A stretch of 64,000 nucleotides of DNA from Mytilus edulis (GCF_963676685.1 NC_092349.1:79236001-79300000); one strand, 5' to 3'; positions 36,501 through 50,419 are shown, numbered from the stretch's first letter. The notes: generated by a model not told the origin, from the letters alone. Translations and numbers: made by a program.

Positions 36501-39500
36501 CTAATATACACTGTCTAAAGTTAGGAGAGGGTTGGTGCGCTTTTAAAAAAGTTAAACCCGCCACATTCTGTATGTGTCTGTCTTAGTCATGAGACTGTAA
36601 TGCAGTGGTTGTCGTTTGTTTCTATATACTATATTAGTTATTTTCTTATTTATTTTGTACATTAATCACGCCGTTAGATTTTTCGTTTGTATTACATTTT
36701 TCATTTTGGGAATTGAAGACTATGCGATATAGAGTTTACTCATTGTTGAAGTCCAACGGGACCTATAATTGTTAATTAATGTGTCAGTTGGTCTCTGTTG
36801 GAGAGTAGTCTCATTGACAATCATATTACATCTTCTTTGTTTATATGGAATACTTTTGAAGTTTGTGGTACGTTGCAAGGAAAAAAGGGGGGTACAGGTA
36901 CAAAATCGATCATGTAGTAGACATTAACCAGAGTAAGATACACAACAACAGATAAAACTATGGAAGAAGCAATAATTGTGAAAAAAAAAACGAAAGCAAC
37001 GAATAGTCTATAAAAAAAACCAGAAGTATCCGCAAATTCAATTTGAGGTCATATTTGACTCTACTGTTCTATTGCTTTGGTTCGATACCTCACCCAAAGT
37101 GATAGTTTAAAAAATAATTTTAAAGTATTATCCTTCATGACACCTGATTTTATACCTGAAATTGAAATTATTTATAAGGTTAAGGTGCTCTTAACATTTT
37201 ATGGGTTAAAAACAGAATTTTTGGAATTTTGTTTGTATAAAGGCGTTTTAGGATTTGTTTTGATAAAAAAATCTTTAATGATTAAGGTTTATGTATAATA
37301 ACAAACATTACTAAAGCCAAAAACAGTATCGTTTGTATTTAGGTAGAGTTTAGAAATAGAAAAAAAAAGAGTTAAAATTGAAACCCTTAAAAATTTTCAC
37401 AGATTTGTACAGATGACCTCTATTTAAAAAAAAATGTGACCATATCAAGTCCTGACGACAGGCATATTGTTATAGTACAAGGTTTTCTCTTTCCAAAGAT
37501 ATATTATATAGGTGTGTGTTCGGTGGGGAGATTAAATTCGAAAAAATATGCCTTCAGTCACCGCACTATTACAAACTGACAATGATCTTTTTAAATGGAT
37601 AAGGGAGATAAATCGAACGCGTATATTCGAAGTGTACACAAACGAAACTCAACGTAGTAATACGTAACATTCAACAACAGAAAATAAATTGGAACACCGA
37701 TTTTTAACCACAAAAATAAAATGCAAGGTTGCAAAAATATTATGCAATTGTTAACTGTTTTCTTTAAACACACTGCAATAACGGTAGACATTTATCTTGG
37801 ATTTTATTATAATAAAATTACTGCTCCTTAATGATACGTTCGAAGAGTTTTGTCCGTTCGCAAACCTCTATTATGTATTAATGATTACACTCATATTTCA
37901 GATTTAAAGTCACATTTATAAAACTACGCATTCAATCCAGCTTGTATGCAAATCTCTTTTCGAGTAAACAGTTCTTATTAAACATTGTTAAACCATTTAA
38001 AAGAATTAAAATATTATGTAAGAAAAAAACTGAATCCAAATTAATTTTGGCATCAATGATAATTTTAACTTATTTTCAGCATGCAATGTAGGATCATATG
38101 GGCCTGGCTGTATATACACATGTAAATGTTCCAGAACGTCAGTATGCAACACACAGACTGGTGAATGCGCGTGTGATAGAGGATGGACCGGGTTAAGTTG
38201 TGACCATAGTAAGCTATTATCATGAAGTCCCGAAACAAACTTATTGTTAGAGTAGTTCTCCCTTTTGGCAACGGTTTTGCTACACAATGGTGTTTTTGTA
38301 GTTTCTTGACCTTTTTTTGAATACATCGACTAAGTTACGGAATTTGTTTTGTTATTCAAAATTATTACATGTAGATTACCAATAAAGTAATTTGAAATAA
38401 GATTTAATAAAAAAACCTAATCAGCCTCATATAGTTATTATTTTGTCATTAGACTTTTCAAACTAGGATTTATACAGACGATATGACTGCAACAATACTA
38501 TTTTGCTCAGTAGTTTCACATTTGCTATGTATCGCAGGATGTTGAACTGTTAAGCTTCCAAAGGAATGATTAACATTATGTAATATAAGTGGATAATTTA
38601 GTTGTAGTATAACTTTTATTTAGAATGCTCCTCTGGTTACTATGGTGCTGGGTGTCTTCAACGCTGTGGCTGTTTAGAAAATCAACATTGTCAGCACGTG
38701 ACTGGTGACTGTCAATGTGAGGCAGGGAAACATGGCTTGCACTGTAATGAAAGTGAGTTTTGTTTTTATAATTATTTGAACGGACATTTGCAATTAACAA
38801 TTACTTATTGTTTTAATAACTTTACGGAAATTTTAAGTGCCTACAAACAAAGTTTAATTTTATATTTTCCTGTTTGTTAAATTGTTGTTGGCGACACATT
38901 GGGGTTGTTTTGATTTTCTCACAAAGGTTGACCGAATATTCATCAATATATATATATATATATATATATCAAAGTCAAATAATTTGTATTGATAACATGT
39001 AAATTCAAAAGACCATAGAAAGAACTTCATCAACGAATCAATAAAATAAAAAAAAATCTAACATAAAATGAAATGTGTGTTTATGCTTTCTTCACTTCAC
39101 TTTTATTCCTATTTTAGCTTGTGGTGCTGGTACTTATGGAATTGACTGTGCTCAAAGATGTAGCTGTCAACATTGCAGTTCAGTTGACAGAGTTTGTCAA
39201 CAAATGCATGCCAGTAATGATGGTATATTTCTAATTATATTATTAATAATAAAAGAATATGTGTGGTAAAATGCACTATCTATTAAAAGTCGTAACAAAA
39301 ATGCAGAGACCAAGTTAAATAATTGATAACATACACAATATTTTTAAGGTAATTTTATTACTTTGCAATATCATGTTCGGTACGATATATCAGTATAATG
39401 ACTTTATGATATGAAATAAAACGAAGAGAGTTAAATGTTGAACAAACAGATCTTTGACATTGCAAATGAGACAAATCTTCACAAAAGACCAAAATGACAC

Positions 39501-41101
39501 AAAAAAAAAACCGTTGTTGGGACTTGTTTTGTATAATTTTGTCAAATATTCACACGTTGTCACAAGTCAAAAACATCCTCAGTGTTTCCCAAAAGTTAAT
39601 CATATGTTTGTGTTATATAGAAACTCCTTGATATATACATTTTACGCATAACAATACAATGTCATATGTCCCATTTTTACGTACTTCTTCAACATCCGAT
39701 CTTTAAAACCTTTTGTACTCTGTGACTGCAAAAGAATGTGACAAAAATAACATTTGCAGGTGTGAGTGTCTTTGTATATAATAGATTTCTTGGAAATTAC
39801 ACGCCTCTGTTGCCATTGAGGGAAAGCTCATCGTGTTGACCGATGGACATCATCAATGTGCAATAATCAATCGATAAACCAATGGCCATGTCGCATTATC
39901 CCTTTTAATGCTTAATAATCCATCAAAATTAACGCATTTTTCGTATCACTTTAACGTATTACACTCATAATAGTGTAATGACAGAAATTTCTATTCGTGC
40001 AAGCAAAAAGACAAAAGGTTACAACCATAAGAACATTTCTTTTTAAACCGTCTTGTTGGAGGACTATCATAAGCATGACAAACTCGTGCAAGCAAAAAGA
40101 CAAAAGGTTACATCCATAGGAGATTTCCTTTTTAAAACCGTCTTGTTGGAGGACTAACATAAGCATGGAAAATTGCAAGAGCAAAACTTTTTTTTTAATT
40201 TTTGGCAACAGAAGTTTTATTACACAGTAAAATGTAGTTTTGTTAGTATTTGGTCTTTATACTTTTAATTTTCTTACTTTTAGATAAATCAACAGTAGGA
40301 ATATCTGTCGGTATAGTGGTGGGAATTCTGGTTTTGGTCGGATGCCTTTTACTTATTGTCGTTTTGAAACGCCGTAAACGTATGTCAGCTATACAGGACC
40401 TGCAGAAGATGAAGAGGGACGATTTTAGCAGTAATCATTACGAGGACATTGATACCTACGCTGAAATACCAGATTCAAAATTACTACCAAATTATCCTTA
40501 CAGCTATGCCGATTCAACTGATGTTAAACCGCCAATCAAAGAGAGACAACCGACAACAAAACGAACACGGAATATTTACCTGTCTGTCACTGATGCACAG
40601 AGATTCAGTAAACTCTCAGTTTCAAGTGGAGACATAAAGAGTAATGGTGATAGTTCGGACTATTTGAATCCATATACAGGATTAATAAGGGATGTCAAAT
40701 GTGCTAGTTATCAAGAAATCAACAAAATGACAAAAGAACGGAAATCTAGCAATGAGTCTGACTCTGGATATATAAAACCTGCATCAGGAACTGCAAAGAC
40801 AAACGATGGGAGTAACAGACAATGCAATGACTACATAGATGCAAAATCTTCTATAAGACTTAACAATGGCAGCGACCTCGACATGATCACCAAAAAAGAC
40901 AGAAACGAGAGCGAAAGCAGCATCCAGTCTGGATACTTAAAAATGAACTCGAGTCTGAAGAAGAAATCAGAAACTGATGCTGATTACAGCACAATGGACA
41001 TCGATGAAAATGGTAGTCTTAACAGTGTATTTCTTCCAAAGATTACAATAAGCAGTCAAAATGGTTCAACAGAGACCCTGAATATAAGAACCAATGAATG
41101 A
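24517..41101 (+). CDS. Receptor A: MEGF10/Draper/SCARF-like multiple-EGF type I membrane protein, 11 coding exons, 682 aa
   Basis: Exons: 24517-24623 (signal peptide MVKDLCSFILLLSLIVSSFTDG), 26798-26883 (EMI-like CCPDY), then EGF exons 27397-27558, 28658-28786, 29315-29443, 30399-30524, 31277-31405, 38080-38208, 38624-38752, 39118-39222 (all phase 1-1, CPxGxYGxxC type), and 40284-41101 (TM ISVGIVVGILVLVGCLLLIVVL, KRRKR, Tyr-rich tail). All borders are GT-AG and the joined frame is open (2049 nt). AATAAA at ~41175. Confidence 0.9.
27912..28325 (-). mobile_element. SINE-like repeat family 1, long copy in receptor A intron 3
   Basis: Reverse complement of 1468-1663 extended further 5'. Flanked by a ~40-bp direct repeat. 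Confidence 0.8.
33102..33145 (+). ncRNA. Type I hammerhead ribozyme
   Basis: Stem I gcatca/tggtgc; core CTGAAGA; stem II gaca-tgtat-tgtc; GAAA; palindromic stem III atgcgcat; AUC cleavage triplet (cut after 33139). Confidence 0.9.
33452..33495 (+). ncRNA. Type I hammerhead ribozyme (second copy)
   Basis: Identical to 33102-33145; cut after 33489. Confidence 0.9.
33556..34134. mobile_element. MITE nested in the Academ-like element
   Basis: Imperfect TIR aggagtaggtcc...ttttggcctcaaa versus tttggggccaaaa...gaaccttctcct. Internal inverted pair aaatgaaagtggccgcat / atgcggccactttcattt. Confidence 0.7.
36520..36845 (+). mobile_element. SINE-like repeat family 1, nested in the Academ-like element
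   Basis: Similarity to 1468-1663 and to the reverse complement of 27912-28325. Confidence 0.7.
39995..40168. repeat. ~89-bp tandem duplication just upstream of the receptor A TM exon
   Basis: tcgtgcaagcaaaaagacaaaaggttaca...ccgtcttgttggaggacta..cataagcatg occurs twice. Confidence 0.85.
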
Positions 41102-42546
41102 ACACATTTTCAAACATTTGATTACAAATATGTATAGAAATACAAGTCTCACTGCCGTTTTATGTACATTCTGAAATAAACACATTATAATTATGTTAAT
41201 TCTATTAAAATGATCTTGACGTTCTCAGGCATAATTAAACTTATTTTATATTATCGAAGTTTTCAATCAGATGTCAAAAGGGACAACACCATGTGTTTGT
41301 AATCTTTCTCCATTTGTTGGTAGTTTGCTGTTCTGTTTCTGCTGGTCATATTGGTGGCGTTTATCAAACCGTGAGTTCAAAACTTTTCTCAAGAAAGGAC
41401 ACAAATATCATCCTCCATCTATGATACTTTAGAGAACAGCCCGGATTTCCCCTGATATTCAACATTGAAACCATGTAATTGATTGTTTATACAAGCAATT
41501 AAATGATTAGGTTAAGTGCTTCTAGCACAGTTGGTGTCCACTGATGTCATCAAATGAACACAAATGGCTAACTGGTCAAGATTATTTAATTTCCATATCC
41601 TCTGCACTAAATACATTTTATATTCTTGTCTACAAAATATTCTTATGGTCAAGGTTTTTTTTTAATGAAAAAATGTTTTCATCAAAAAATCATTTGAATA
41701 ATATTTCTTTAGAATTTCAGCAGCTAATTTAGAAATGCTCTGATAAATATTTTAGATTTAGCAAATTTGATATGTTTTAATATCATATTATTTTAATCGT
41801 GTCAAGGACCAATCAGTCTATCTTATTATATAGTCCTTCATAAATAATTCCATTTTTCATGTGCATATATTTGAAGCTGGTATATACATATTTCTTGTTA
41901 AAATAGTTTTTACGGAATACATTTTTTGGCATTTATTTTGATATTTTTTTCAAATTCTCACTTGCAAGCTTGTAGTATATTTATTATGTGCGTATATTAA
42001 GAATAAAAATCAAAATCTGGTCTGTGTTTCTAATACTAAAGGAGGTGTTTCGGTTACGGTCGTGTAGACCTAGACCTATCCTCATCAGGTATCCCTAACC
42101 TATATTTTTCCTTTCTTGAAACTCGAACTTTAAATGGTTCGAATTTGGTTTCACTTATAGGTATACTCATATAACTATATTGAAATCAATCGGGTCCAGG
42201 ACCAATCCATATATTCTTCATTTCAAGGTTAAAATATTATCCAATTCTATTCACGTGCAAAAGTGGAGCCGACACACACCCCTTATTATTTCCACTGAAT
42301 AGAGGGGCAATATGTATATAAACCACGTTTACTGTTATATAGTATAGCTTTGAATGAGTGAAATCAAACGCTTAAAATAAGAGAAAATAAGTTGGAATAT
42401 GAAATAAAATTGAGAATGGAAATGGGGAATGTGACAGAGGCAACAACCCGAGAAAAGAGCAGAAAACAGATGAAGGCCACCAATGGGTCTTCAACACAGG
42501 GCACAAATCCAGCACTTGGAGATGTTTTAAACTGAAAATTAAACAC

Positions 42547-42865
42547 AACAAGAATGTGTCCTCAGTACCGGTATGCCCCACTCGCACTATCATTTTCTAT
42601 GTTCAGTGGACCGTGAAAATGGGGTAAAAATTCTAATTTGGCATTAACATTAAAAAGATCATATCATATGGAACATGTGTACTAAGTTTCAAGTTGATCG
42701 GACTCCAACTTCATCAACAAACTACCTTGAGCAAAAACTTTAACCTGAAGCGGGACAGACAAAAGGACGGACGGACAAACAAACGAACGGACGAACGAAC
42801 GAACAAACCGACACTACAACCAGAAAACATAAAGCCTCTCTACTATTTTATGTGGGACATAAAAT
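42547..42865 (+). mobile_element. Helentron/DINE-like non-autonomous element with GACR/GAAC microsatellite
   Basis: aacaagaatgtgtcc head, atgccccac / gtgggacat short inverted pair, (ggac/gaac)n tract near the 3' end, A-rich flank. The class is an inference. Confidence 0.5.
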
Positions 42866-45169
42866 AATAAACAGCTACGCCATTAGCTAGAGCACATGAT
42901 ACGCCTTACGGTTTTCATTTTAACAGTTCAATAACTTCTCAATGTCATATCAGAAATTTATGAAAAAAGGGGGGTTATCTTAATAGATTTAAATCAGTCA
43001 ACAAAGTTAAATGAAAAATAGTCAAAACACTTTAAGGTTAGATTGTTTGCAAACTGGATAATCACCTTTTTATGAATAAATCCCATAACTCGGAAATGTG
43101 AAACATGATTTATAAAATTTATAAAAAGTGAAAGGGAGCTTAAAAAAATAGATATATAAACAATTCGCAAAAGTTTCAAAAGGACTGCTGAAAGCATTTT
43201 TGAGTTTTTCTCCAAATACTAGAAAATGTAAATGTGTGACAAAAGTCACATGTTAAAGACGGACAGATATAGTTATACCATAAGACTTCCTTTAATCAGG
43301 CGCATAAAAAGGGAGAGGAGTGTTCTTATCCTAAATTGTCTTTACTTCATGAATATTTTATAAAAAAAATATGTTTAAATATTAAGGAGATTTTGTTTTA
43401 TCATTAAATCAAATCAATCATAAAAATGTGAAAATAACAAATCAGTAATATTCATTTCTTATCAAAATTAATCTTCAAGATGACAACAATTATCAATCAT
43501 TTAAAAATTAAAAAAAAATGAAAATTGATAAAAATATTCATAACTTTATTTTATATTACTTCGTAAAATTTACGGAGGGATGAGTTCAACTTCACCATTT
43601 GAAACTCTTGGTTTAATAGCTTCCTTATACATGTTATAATAGATTGGAAACAGTGTCGGCATGTCAATAAAGACACTCTGCGCTGTCTGCTTACTGTAAA
43701 AATTGGTGTAAACATTATAAAATCTGATAAAAAATCTGTAGACAGTTATTCGAATATATTATGAATACTGTTGATATTCATATATTTCATTTTGAAAACA
43801 ATTCTGAAATTAACTATAGAGTCCATGAAACACCCATTTCTAAAATAATAATAATAATAATAAACTAGTAATCGCAAAACGGTTTGTGTTCGTATCGGCA
43901 GACAACACAGCCAATAATGTAGTGGTAGTGTGATGAAAGGAATGTATCAAAAATAAAATAATCCCTTCCTTTACATTCAAGTCCGTACGCTTTAAAGAGA
44001 GAGAGAGTTAATTGTAAACAAGCAAATTACTGCCTCTGCTCAAGCTTAAACCCTCTTCCAAACATTTGAAACATCTTCTACATCCCTTACATAAATGTAC
44101 GTCTATCAAAAAACAAAACATGCAAAAACAATATAAATATTTTCACAACCAAACGGCGCATCGAGATGTATGTTGAATAATTTGGCAGAAAATAATTTAT
44201 TACTGGACAAATAGATCCGGTATACTATATGAGATTGAATATACTCACATTCTGTTAACAGATAGCCAACATTATAAGAAAAGATAAAAAGGGAAAGGTT
44301 CAGCATTTTTTCGATTATAGTGAAAACAGCTAGGTATACTGAAAATCTTTCTGTGTAAAATTAATCAAAATGCTGAGATCTACCTTCTGTTTACATAAGG
44401 ACCGTTAAAATAGCTTAACCGAAATTATCAGTCGCGTCTCTGTACTTGTATTTAAGTTATGATCCTTTCATGAGGATTTTTTTTAAATTTTTGTTACAAT
44501 GTGTGCCTGTTACATATATTATTTTCATATCCAAAGTAAAAAGATAAAAACTATCATAGAAAGGTAAAACTATTGAAACTGAAGAAGAATTTTTTTTTTT
44601 TTTTTTTTATGTTGAGTTATCTCAGACGTTTGATTTTGTAACTTTTAATTGACATCGCCAAGTTTTGTGTTTTGTTTCTGTTGGTGCTTTTATACTGAAC
44701 GACTTTAGAAACGCAACACTCATTTTGTTGATTTTTTTTAACTAAATCTTGTTTGATTTTCTTACAACTACTTTCTATGCTTATCATACTTCTTTCTCCG
44801 TACAAAAAAATCAAAATCTGACTAACCTGTGGTTATTGAACATACCGAATTTTTTAAGTCGCACGAATTTCTTAAAGCGAAATTTTGGACCCATGAAAGA
44901 TTGTTTCGGTTGTTTTGCTTTGTGAAACAGTTTTTTCAATCCTTTGCCCCACTTAGACCAGTTTAAAAATGTTGCATCTCCATTTGACCAAGACTGAGAA
45001 ACAAAAAACTGACTTTCCCCTTAAGAATACTGCAAACATTAAAACATTAACGTGCTGCAACCATACTGTATGACTTCAGAAACTCGTCTTACTGTCCTTC
45101 CGACAACGATGCAAGTAGACAAGATTTGTTGCTGGCCATCAATGAACAGATAAACGTTTAGAGACAATG

Positions 45170-45300
45170 AAACGTCAACAGAATTTGATTACGCAACGTC
45201 ATTTGCCAGACAGGTTTACGGCCGCAACGTTAACTGCTAATCAAATTGCCGAGAGCCATTGAGTACAGATTCATGCCATAAATGTTTCCCATCAACTGAA
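45170..45300 (+). pseudogene. Tc1/mariner transposase HTH relic
   Basis: Translates RQQNLITQRHLPDRFTAATLTANQIAESH*VQIHAINVSHQL, resembling the Tc1 segment RQDRxIxxxHLRDRFxTATxTAxxI...ISAQTVRNRL. Confidence 0.55.
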
Positions 45301-46666
45301 TTGCCAAAGAATCGACTGAAAGAAAACCTTAAAAGCCCTCAAGTTCCGACCACATAATTGCCAAAACCAATTAATGGGTTGAACAAATGCAAAACCAGAA
45401 GGTGCAAAAAAAAACATCAAAACATATCAGACAGACTTTGTTGACCTTTGTGACAATTATTTTGGCGTTTGTAACATGCAGTCATCGCTTTTGACGGGGA
45501 CACATTCATTCAAAAATAACACAAAAATAATCTAGTGTTGCGTTTCTAAAGCCGGTCAGTATATTAAGGGTGAGGAATATATAAAAAAAATTTGTGAACT
45601 CGCAAATTATTAATTTGGTAACGCTCTATGATTCTGCACGAGATATTTGCTACAGAAACTACTATTGAAGAACACAGAGTTTGAATAATCGTAAAATAAT
45701 ATTTAGCATACATTGTATTTTATAAATATAAAATCGTTAACCCTTATTACATCAAATATTAGAATTAATGTAGTCTAGAAAAATTCGCTCTTCAAATGAT
45801 CAATTATTAAAAAAAAAAACGAATTTAAATTCGTATATATAGCACAGGGCTACATCCACCAACCTATGCAGTGATCCACCTAGATTATTCAAGAAGAGAA
45901 AAAAATCAACAGCCCTCAAGCTATAAATGTATCGCAAATATATTTGAATAAATATAAATATCATAAACCAATTGAGATTGAAAAAAACATTGTTCCGTTT
46001 TGACAGTATTTTATAATGCTATATAATGACCAATACTTCCTTTTAGTATTTTTTTTTAAAGTAAAAGGTGTAATTCGAGTTCTAAAAAAACATGTATCAA
46101 GCGATCCGAGAGGAATTTTAAAGCAAGAATATGAACTCAAAGTTTTATCTATCGATGATTCTCATCTCAATGTGTGAAAAATACGTGAAAACTACTGTAA
46201 CAGGAAATCATACGTGTGGCAATTATAAATTGTAAGTTAAATATTTTAGTATTTTTCTATATTATTGTTCTGTCCATGCTGAATGATTATCGTTTTTGTG
46301 AAATCGTTATAAAGATATTGTCGAAAAAAGTTTTTTTTTTAATCTGAGGGACGATAGTGTTTTTTCTTAATCATGTTAAGCTCTTATATTCGTCCTAACG
46401 GTAATGCATATTTGGAAGTATGATCTTCGTACTTAACATACATGTAATTTGTCAGACGTTTTTCTGATATAGTTCCTTTTTTGAAAAAGAGATTATGCTT
46501 GTTAATATTTCATCCGTAAAACAAACTGTATTTTGTAAAGTTGTTCATACGGATTTTCTTAATATTGTGTTTCATTTTCTAAATAAATATAAATATAATA
46601 AGTTTAAAACTTTTTTACAAATTTATTAAATTCTTCCATTACTTCAGAAAAATGAAGATTATATAA

Positions 46667-46816
46667 AAGAGGGACGAAAGATACCAAAGAGACAGTCAAA
46701 CTCATAAATCTAAAATAAACTTACAACGCCATGGCTAAAAATGAAAAAGACAAACAGACAACAATAGTACACATGACACAACATAGAAAACTAAAGAATA
46801 AACAACACGAACCCCA
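46667..46816 (-). mobile_element. Fragment of a repeat related to the 3' end of the Penelope-like relic
   Basis: Ends aacacgaacccca, the reverse complement of the tgggttcgcgttg motif at ~14260. Similar diverged pieces at ~25595 and ~51790. Confidence 0.5.
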
Positions 46817-48204
46817 GTTATCCTTCATTAATTAGATGGCAATTTTAGTGCGATTATGTTGCACTTTGTAAATACAGCTGTTTCACAAACCATACCTCTT
46901 TTGGGGAGATATAGAATATTCATAGATAATTTCTTTTTTACATACTGGTTCCAAGTTAGAATCTCTAAGTTCAATCTCATAGATACATGATTTGGGGATA
47001 TTACCAGTAAATATACATATGCATAATGTTATACTGAAATCTGTGTTAATCCTAAAGTTAGGGTAGGGGTAAGAAATTCAGTGTGAGTTTAAACTCTTAG
47101 ATGTTCGGGGCATATAAACGTTGAAAATATGCCGCACAACCCTGTAGTTTGACCTTTGAAAAATATAGTAGTGCATGTGAACTTGCCATTATAGGATGAG
47201 ATTTTTTGTCAAAACTTTATAGTAAAAGGGGTACAATTCCTCTGGGAAAATGCATTGTCAATATTTATAGGAATGCAACCCTTTGATATTCTGTCATTTA
47301 TTGATACATTTCATATATTTGTTAGATTGTTAAAGCTAATAGACCACGTTGACCGATCAAAAACTCGTCAATTATATGCGCTTTTACGACGTCTTTTACC
47401 AGATAAAGGGGATCGCCTGTATCCCTGCACTGTCAACGTTCATCACGCGTCTTAATGATCGTCATTGTGCAGGTTTAACTAGAAATTACGTTTGTGCCGT
47501 AGGTACTTATTAAAAATTCCCTAATGAAAGCAGTGCTGACTGTTAATTATGAGAATTCAATCTGACGAATAATTTGTGCAATATAGCATCATAGTTTTCC
47601 AACCACTCGCTCAACATTAAAACAGAAGTGACTATGCCCATAAACGCATGAATGATGTTCACTAAAACCAAAGTGTTTGACGGAAAATGTATCGAACTCG
47701 AAAGTTGTCTATGAGTATACCTGTCTTTAACGTTAACCAAATAAGGAGTCCATGACTGTGATATTGAAATTGATCTTTAGTGAATGATAAATATATAAAA
47801 TCGTTCATACTTTTAATGCATATTCAAATGCAATTTGTATGTAACAATTCTTTTCATTGGCTAGAAGTTGCCGTCAAATCCACAGTTGACCATGCATAAC
47901 TAAGGAGGGACAATCATTTTGAAATTATTGAATCAACAAATGTTCGATTACTACTATATAATCGAAAATAAAACAACACCTACCTCGAATTCGCCATTTT
48001 AATGTGATTTTATCCGAATTTGAAGCGTACAGGTAACGTAATAACCTCCAGTTTGTAAGTTTTCATTTGTATGACGTCACGTTTACCCATGACGTTTTTG
48101 CGCCAAAATCGTTCATGACGTTACGCGGATTTTTTTTTATTTGTCAAATTAAGACATTTTCCCAAGCTTTATCGTATTATTTCTTTTTGGTATGCATTAG
48201 AATC

Positions 48205-48354
48205 GGAATAACAGTACTGTAGTTGAAGAGTTGCCACCGTCAATTTTGATTTGACGGTCGCAAATCTCCGTTTTACTGTCTCCGCTACGCGTCGCCAGTA
48301 AAACTGCATTTGCGACCGTCAAATCTACAATAAGTACTACAGTACTGTTATTCC
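48205..48354. mobile_element. Hairpin MITE
   Basis: ggaataacagtactgtagt / actacagtactgttattcc outer arms and ttgacggtcgcaaat / atttgcgaccgtcaa inner arms. Confidence 0.8.
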
Positions 48355-48651
48355 TTAAATATATTGCTTGCAAAATGTTTTCTGGGTATTTGAAGATGAC
48401 ATTTGTATACAATTTGGTAAATCTTTAATTCACAAGAAAAAACAATTCAATACTATTAATCGTGGTTATATCTATGAACTGTACAAAAGAAAAATATTGA
48501 CATGATATTAGAACTTGAGGATTTTGAAAAACCATTGTTTATAAAAACGGAAATGTGTACTTTAACTTAAATTGATACGCATACATCTATTATGTCTATG
48601 TTATCATTTCATTTTATTTCATGCTGATACAAAAATAAATGTGAAAACATT

Positions 48652-48758
48652 ATGGTTAAAGATATTTGTTCGTTTTTATTGTTACTGTTCATATTTGGTA
48701 ACGATGTGACCATTGGACTTAGTGCAGAAGACAATTATACCTGTCCTAGGTATAAAAG
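48652..48758 (+). CDS. Alternative or orphan signal-peptide exon paralogous to the first coding exons of receptors A and B
   Basis: MVKDICSFLLLLFIFGNDVTIGLSAEDNYTCPRYK, 107 nt, phase-2 donor AG|gtcagt. Same length and donor as 24517-24623 and 50420-50526. Confidence 0.75.
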
Positions 48759-49204
48759 GTCAGTAGATACAATACATACGTGAAAATGAGGATTTTACTG
48801 CAAGTAGAACATTTGTAGAAAGTATGCTTTAATATTCTTAAAATTGATTATGTACTATGCCAAACTTCATTAGCTAACCAATTATTATCATTAACATACA
48901 CTTTGCTCAGTTGTATGCCGTTTATATATCTCAGTTAAAATTTTAAAGCTATACGGATTTCATCAACAGGGTTGTTGTCCTTACTAAAAACACTGCTCCA
49001 AACGTCAAAGAACAACACAAATATATTCAGATGGATACTGCAATAATTTTACAATCATCTGACTCTATCTTGTTCCTTTTTAATTGCACGTTATTCTTTA
49101 AGTTTCTCTTTTCAATCGATTTATAAAATTTGAACACCGATAAACTACTGTCCCCTAAATGATTTTGCATCTTGAGTGTTTACATCTCTGTTCTCGAAAT
49201 TTAA

Positions 49205-49888
49205 AGGGGCACTAGCTGTCAAATTTATGCTCACCGATTTGACTCAAATTCTCATATTTGATTTATAACAATGTAAAATATTTATTCAAACTATCAAAAG
49301 TCTAAAATAAACAGTTTACAGAGCATGGGGTAGATAATATATAGGTTCGTTTCGTGTGTATTTTAGTCCAGACGTCATCTAATTTACTATCGATTTGACC
49401 TCAGATGACCATATAAGCGATGTAAACATAAATAAAGATATGAATAGATTAAACCAACACGTGCAATTGGATTCTTATAGGTATGTTTGATTTTATTTTA
49501 TAGATTAAAAATAGATGTTCTCATTGTTTTTAACCGTATAAGAATGATTTTATGTGCATCGAATTAGTAATCAAATGATTTACCGTAGTTTTACTTTCAT
49601 TGTTGACATTCTTTTTCTTTAAATAACTTGTACACGTACAATGCGTGCGTTGTCAATCTCTATCTAGGGGTTAAATTGAAGTTCACATGAATACGTATTT
49701 AAAGAGGTTGACTCATTCATTTACTTGCAAGTGAATGACTAATTATCAATGTTTCTTAGCGTAATTTGACAAAATTGAAACTTTTGGCTGCAAAAAGCGA
49801 ATTGTTATTTCACTATTTCACTTTTATTATTGATTGAACAGAAAAAAAAACCTTTAGAATTTTTATATATCTCGTAGCTAGTGCCCCT
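49205..49888. mobile_element. Kolobok-like MITE, intact, TTAA TSD
   Basis: ttaa|aggggcactagct ... agctagtgcccct|ttaa. Confidence 0.9.
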
Positions 49889-50419
49889 TTAAAAAGATCA
49901 AGGTTCATCTTGAACTTACAATTAATATCGATAAATCCTTGGCGAAGCATCACAATACATAGTAACAATTCCTCTTTATATATGTCAAAAAGAAGAGCAT
50001 GCAACGATTTATATAGTACTATCATTTACTTGTGTGAGAGGGAAAAAAGTAAGGGGTTCCTGACTTTAATAAGCAAATGCCATACAACATGTACAACAAA
50101 ATCTAATGTAGTTTGATTAAAAATTGATTAATTCATTTCAGTGCACAAAACATTCATAACCAAATTTTGAAGTAACAACTCATATAAATGAGTGTTTGTA
50201 ATTTTATCACAACAATTAAAACTTGATCTGCTTTCAAACAGATTACAACAATGAACTATACATTGGCGATTTAGTGCCATACTATCCGGACTTCAAGCAG
50301 TTTAAACCAATCATTTTTTAAACGGAAATTATACTTTTTTCTATTAAAAAATGATACCTAGACGCGGAAATTAGTAATTCATTGTATCTAATACGGAGAA
50401 GAATTGTGGTAAATTCGTT

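Larger units (their letters stand above)
32710..37568 (+). mobile_element. Decayed Academ-like DNA transposon in receptor A intron 7, hosting nested insertions
   Basis: Long imperfect TIRs: cgagtttaatctcccca...cctgtcgtcagaa..tatggtcatatttt at ~32710-32820 versus the reverse complement at ~37430-37545, with the right end at ...gtcaccgcacta. Transposase fragments LQALYHSGCITNY (~35310), TPFHLGLASQMYHEFGSKYLVETLNANGFYSS (~35975-36072) and a Cys-rich C-terminal relic (~36315-36415). The superfamily assignment is from remembered motifs. Confidence 0.6.

Noticed and set aside
38006-38326. Minus-strand ORFs overlapping EGF exons (also 27292, 28652, 38576, 55553, 56261, 57604)
   Set aside because: These are antisense shadows of the plus-strand Cys-rich exons.
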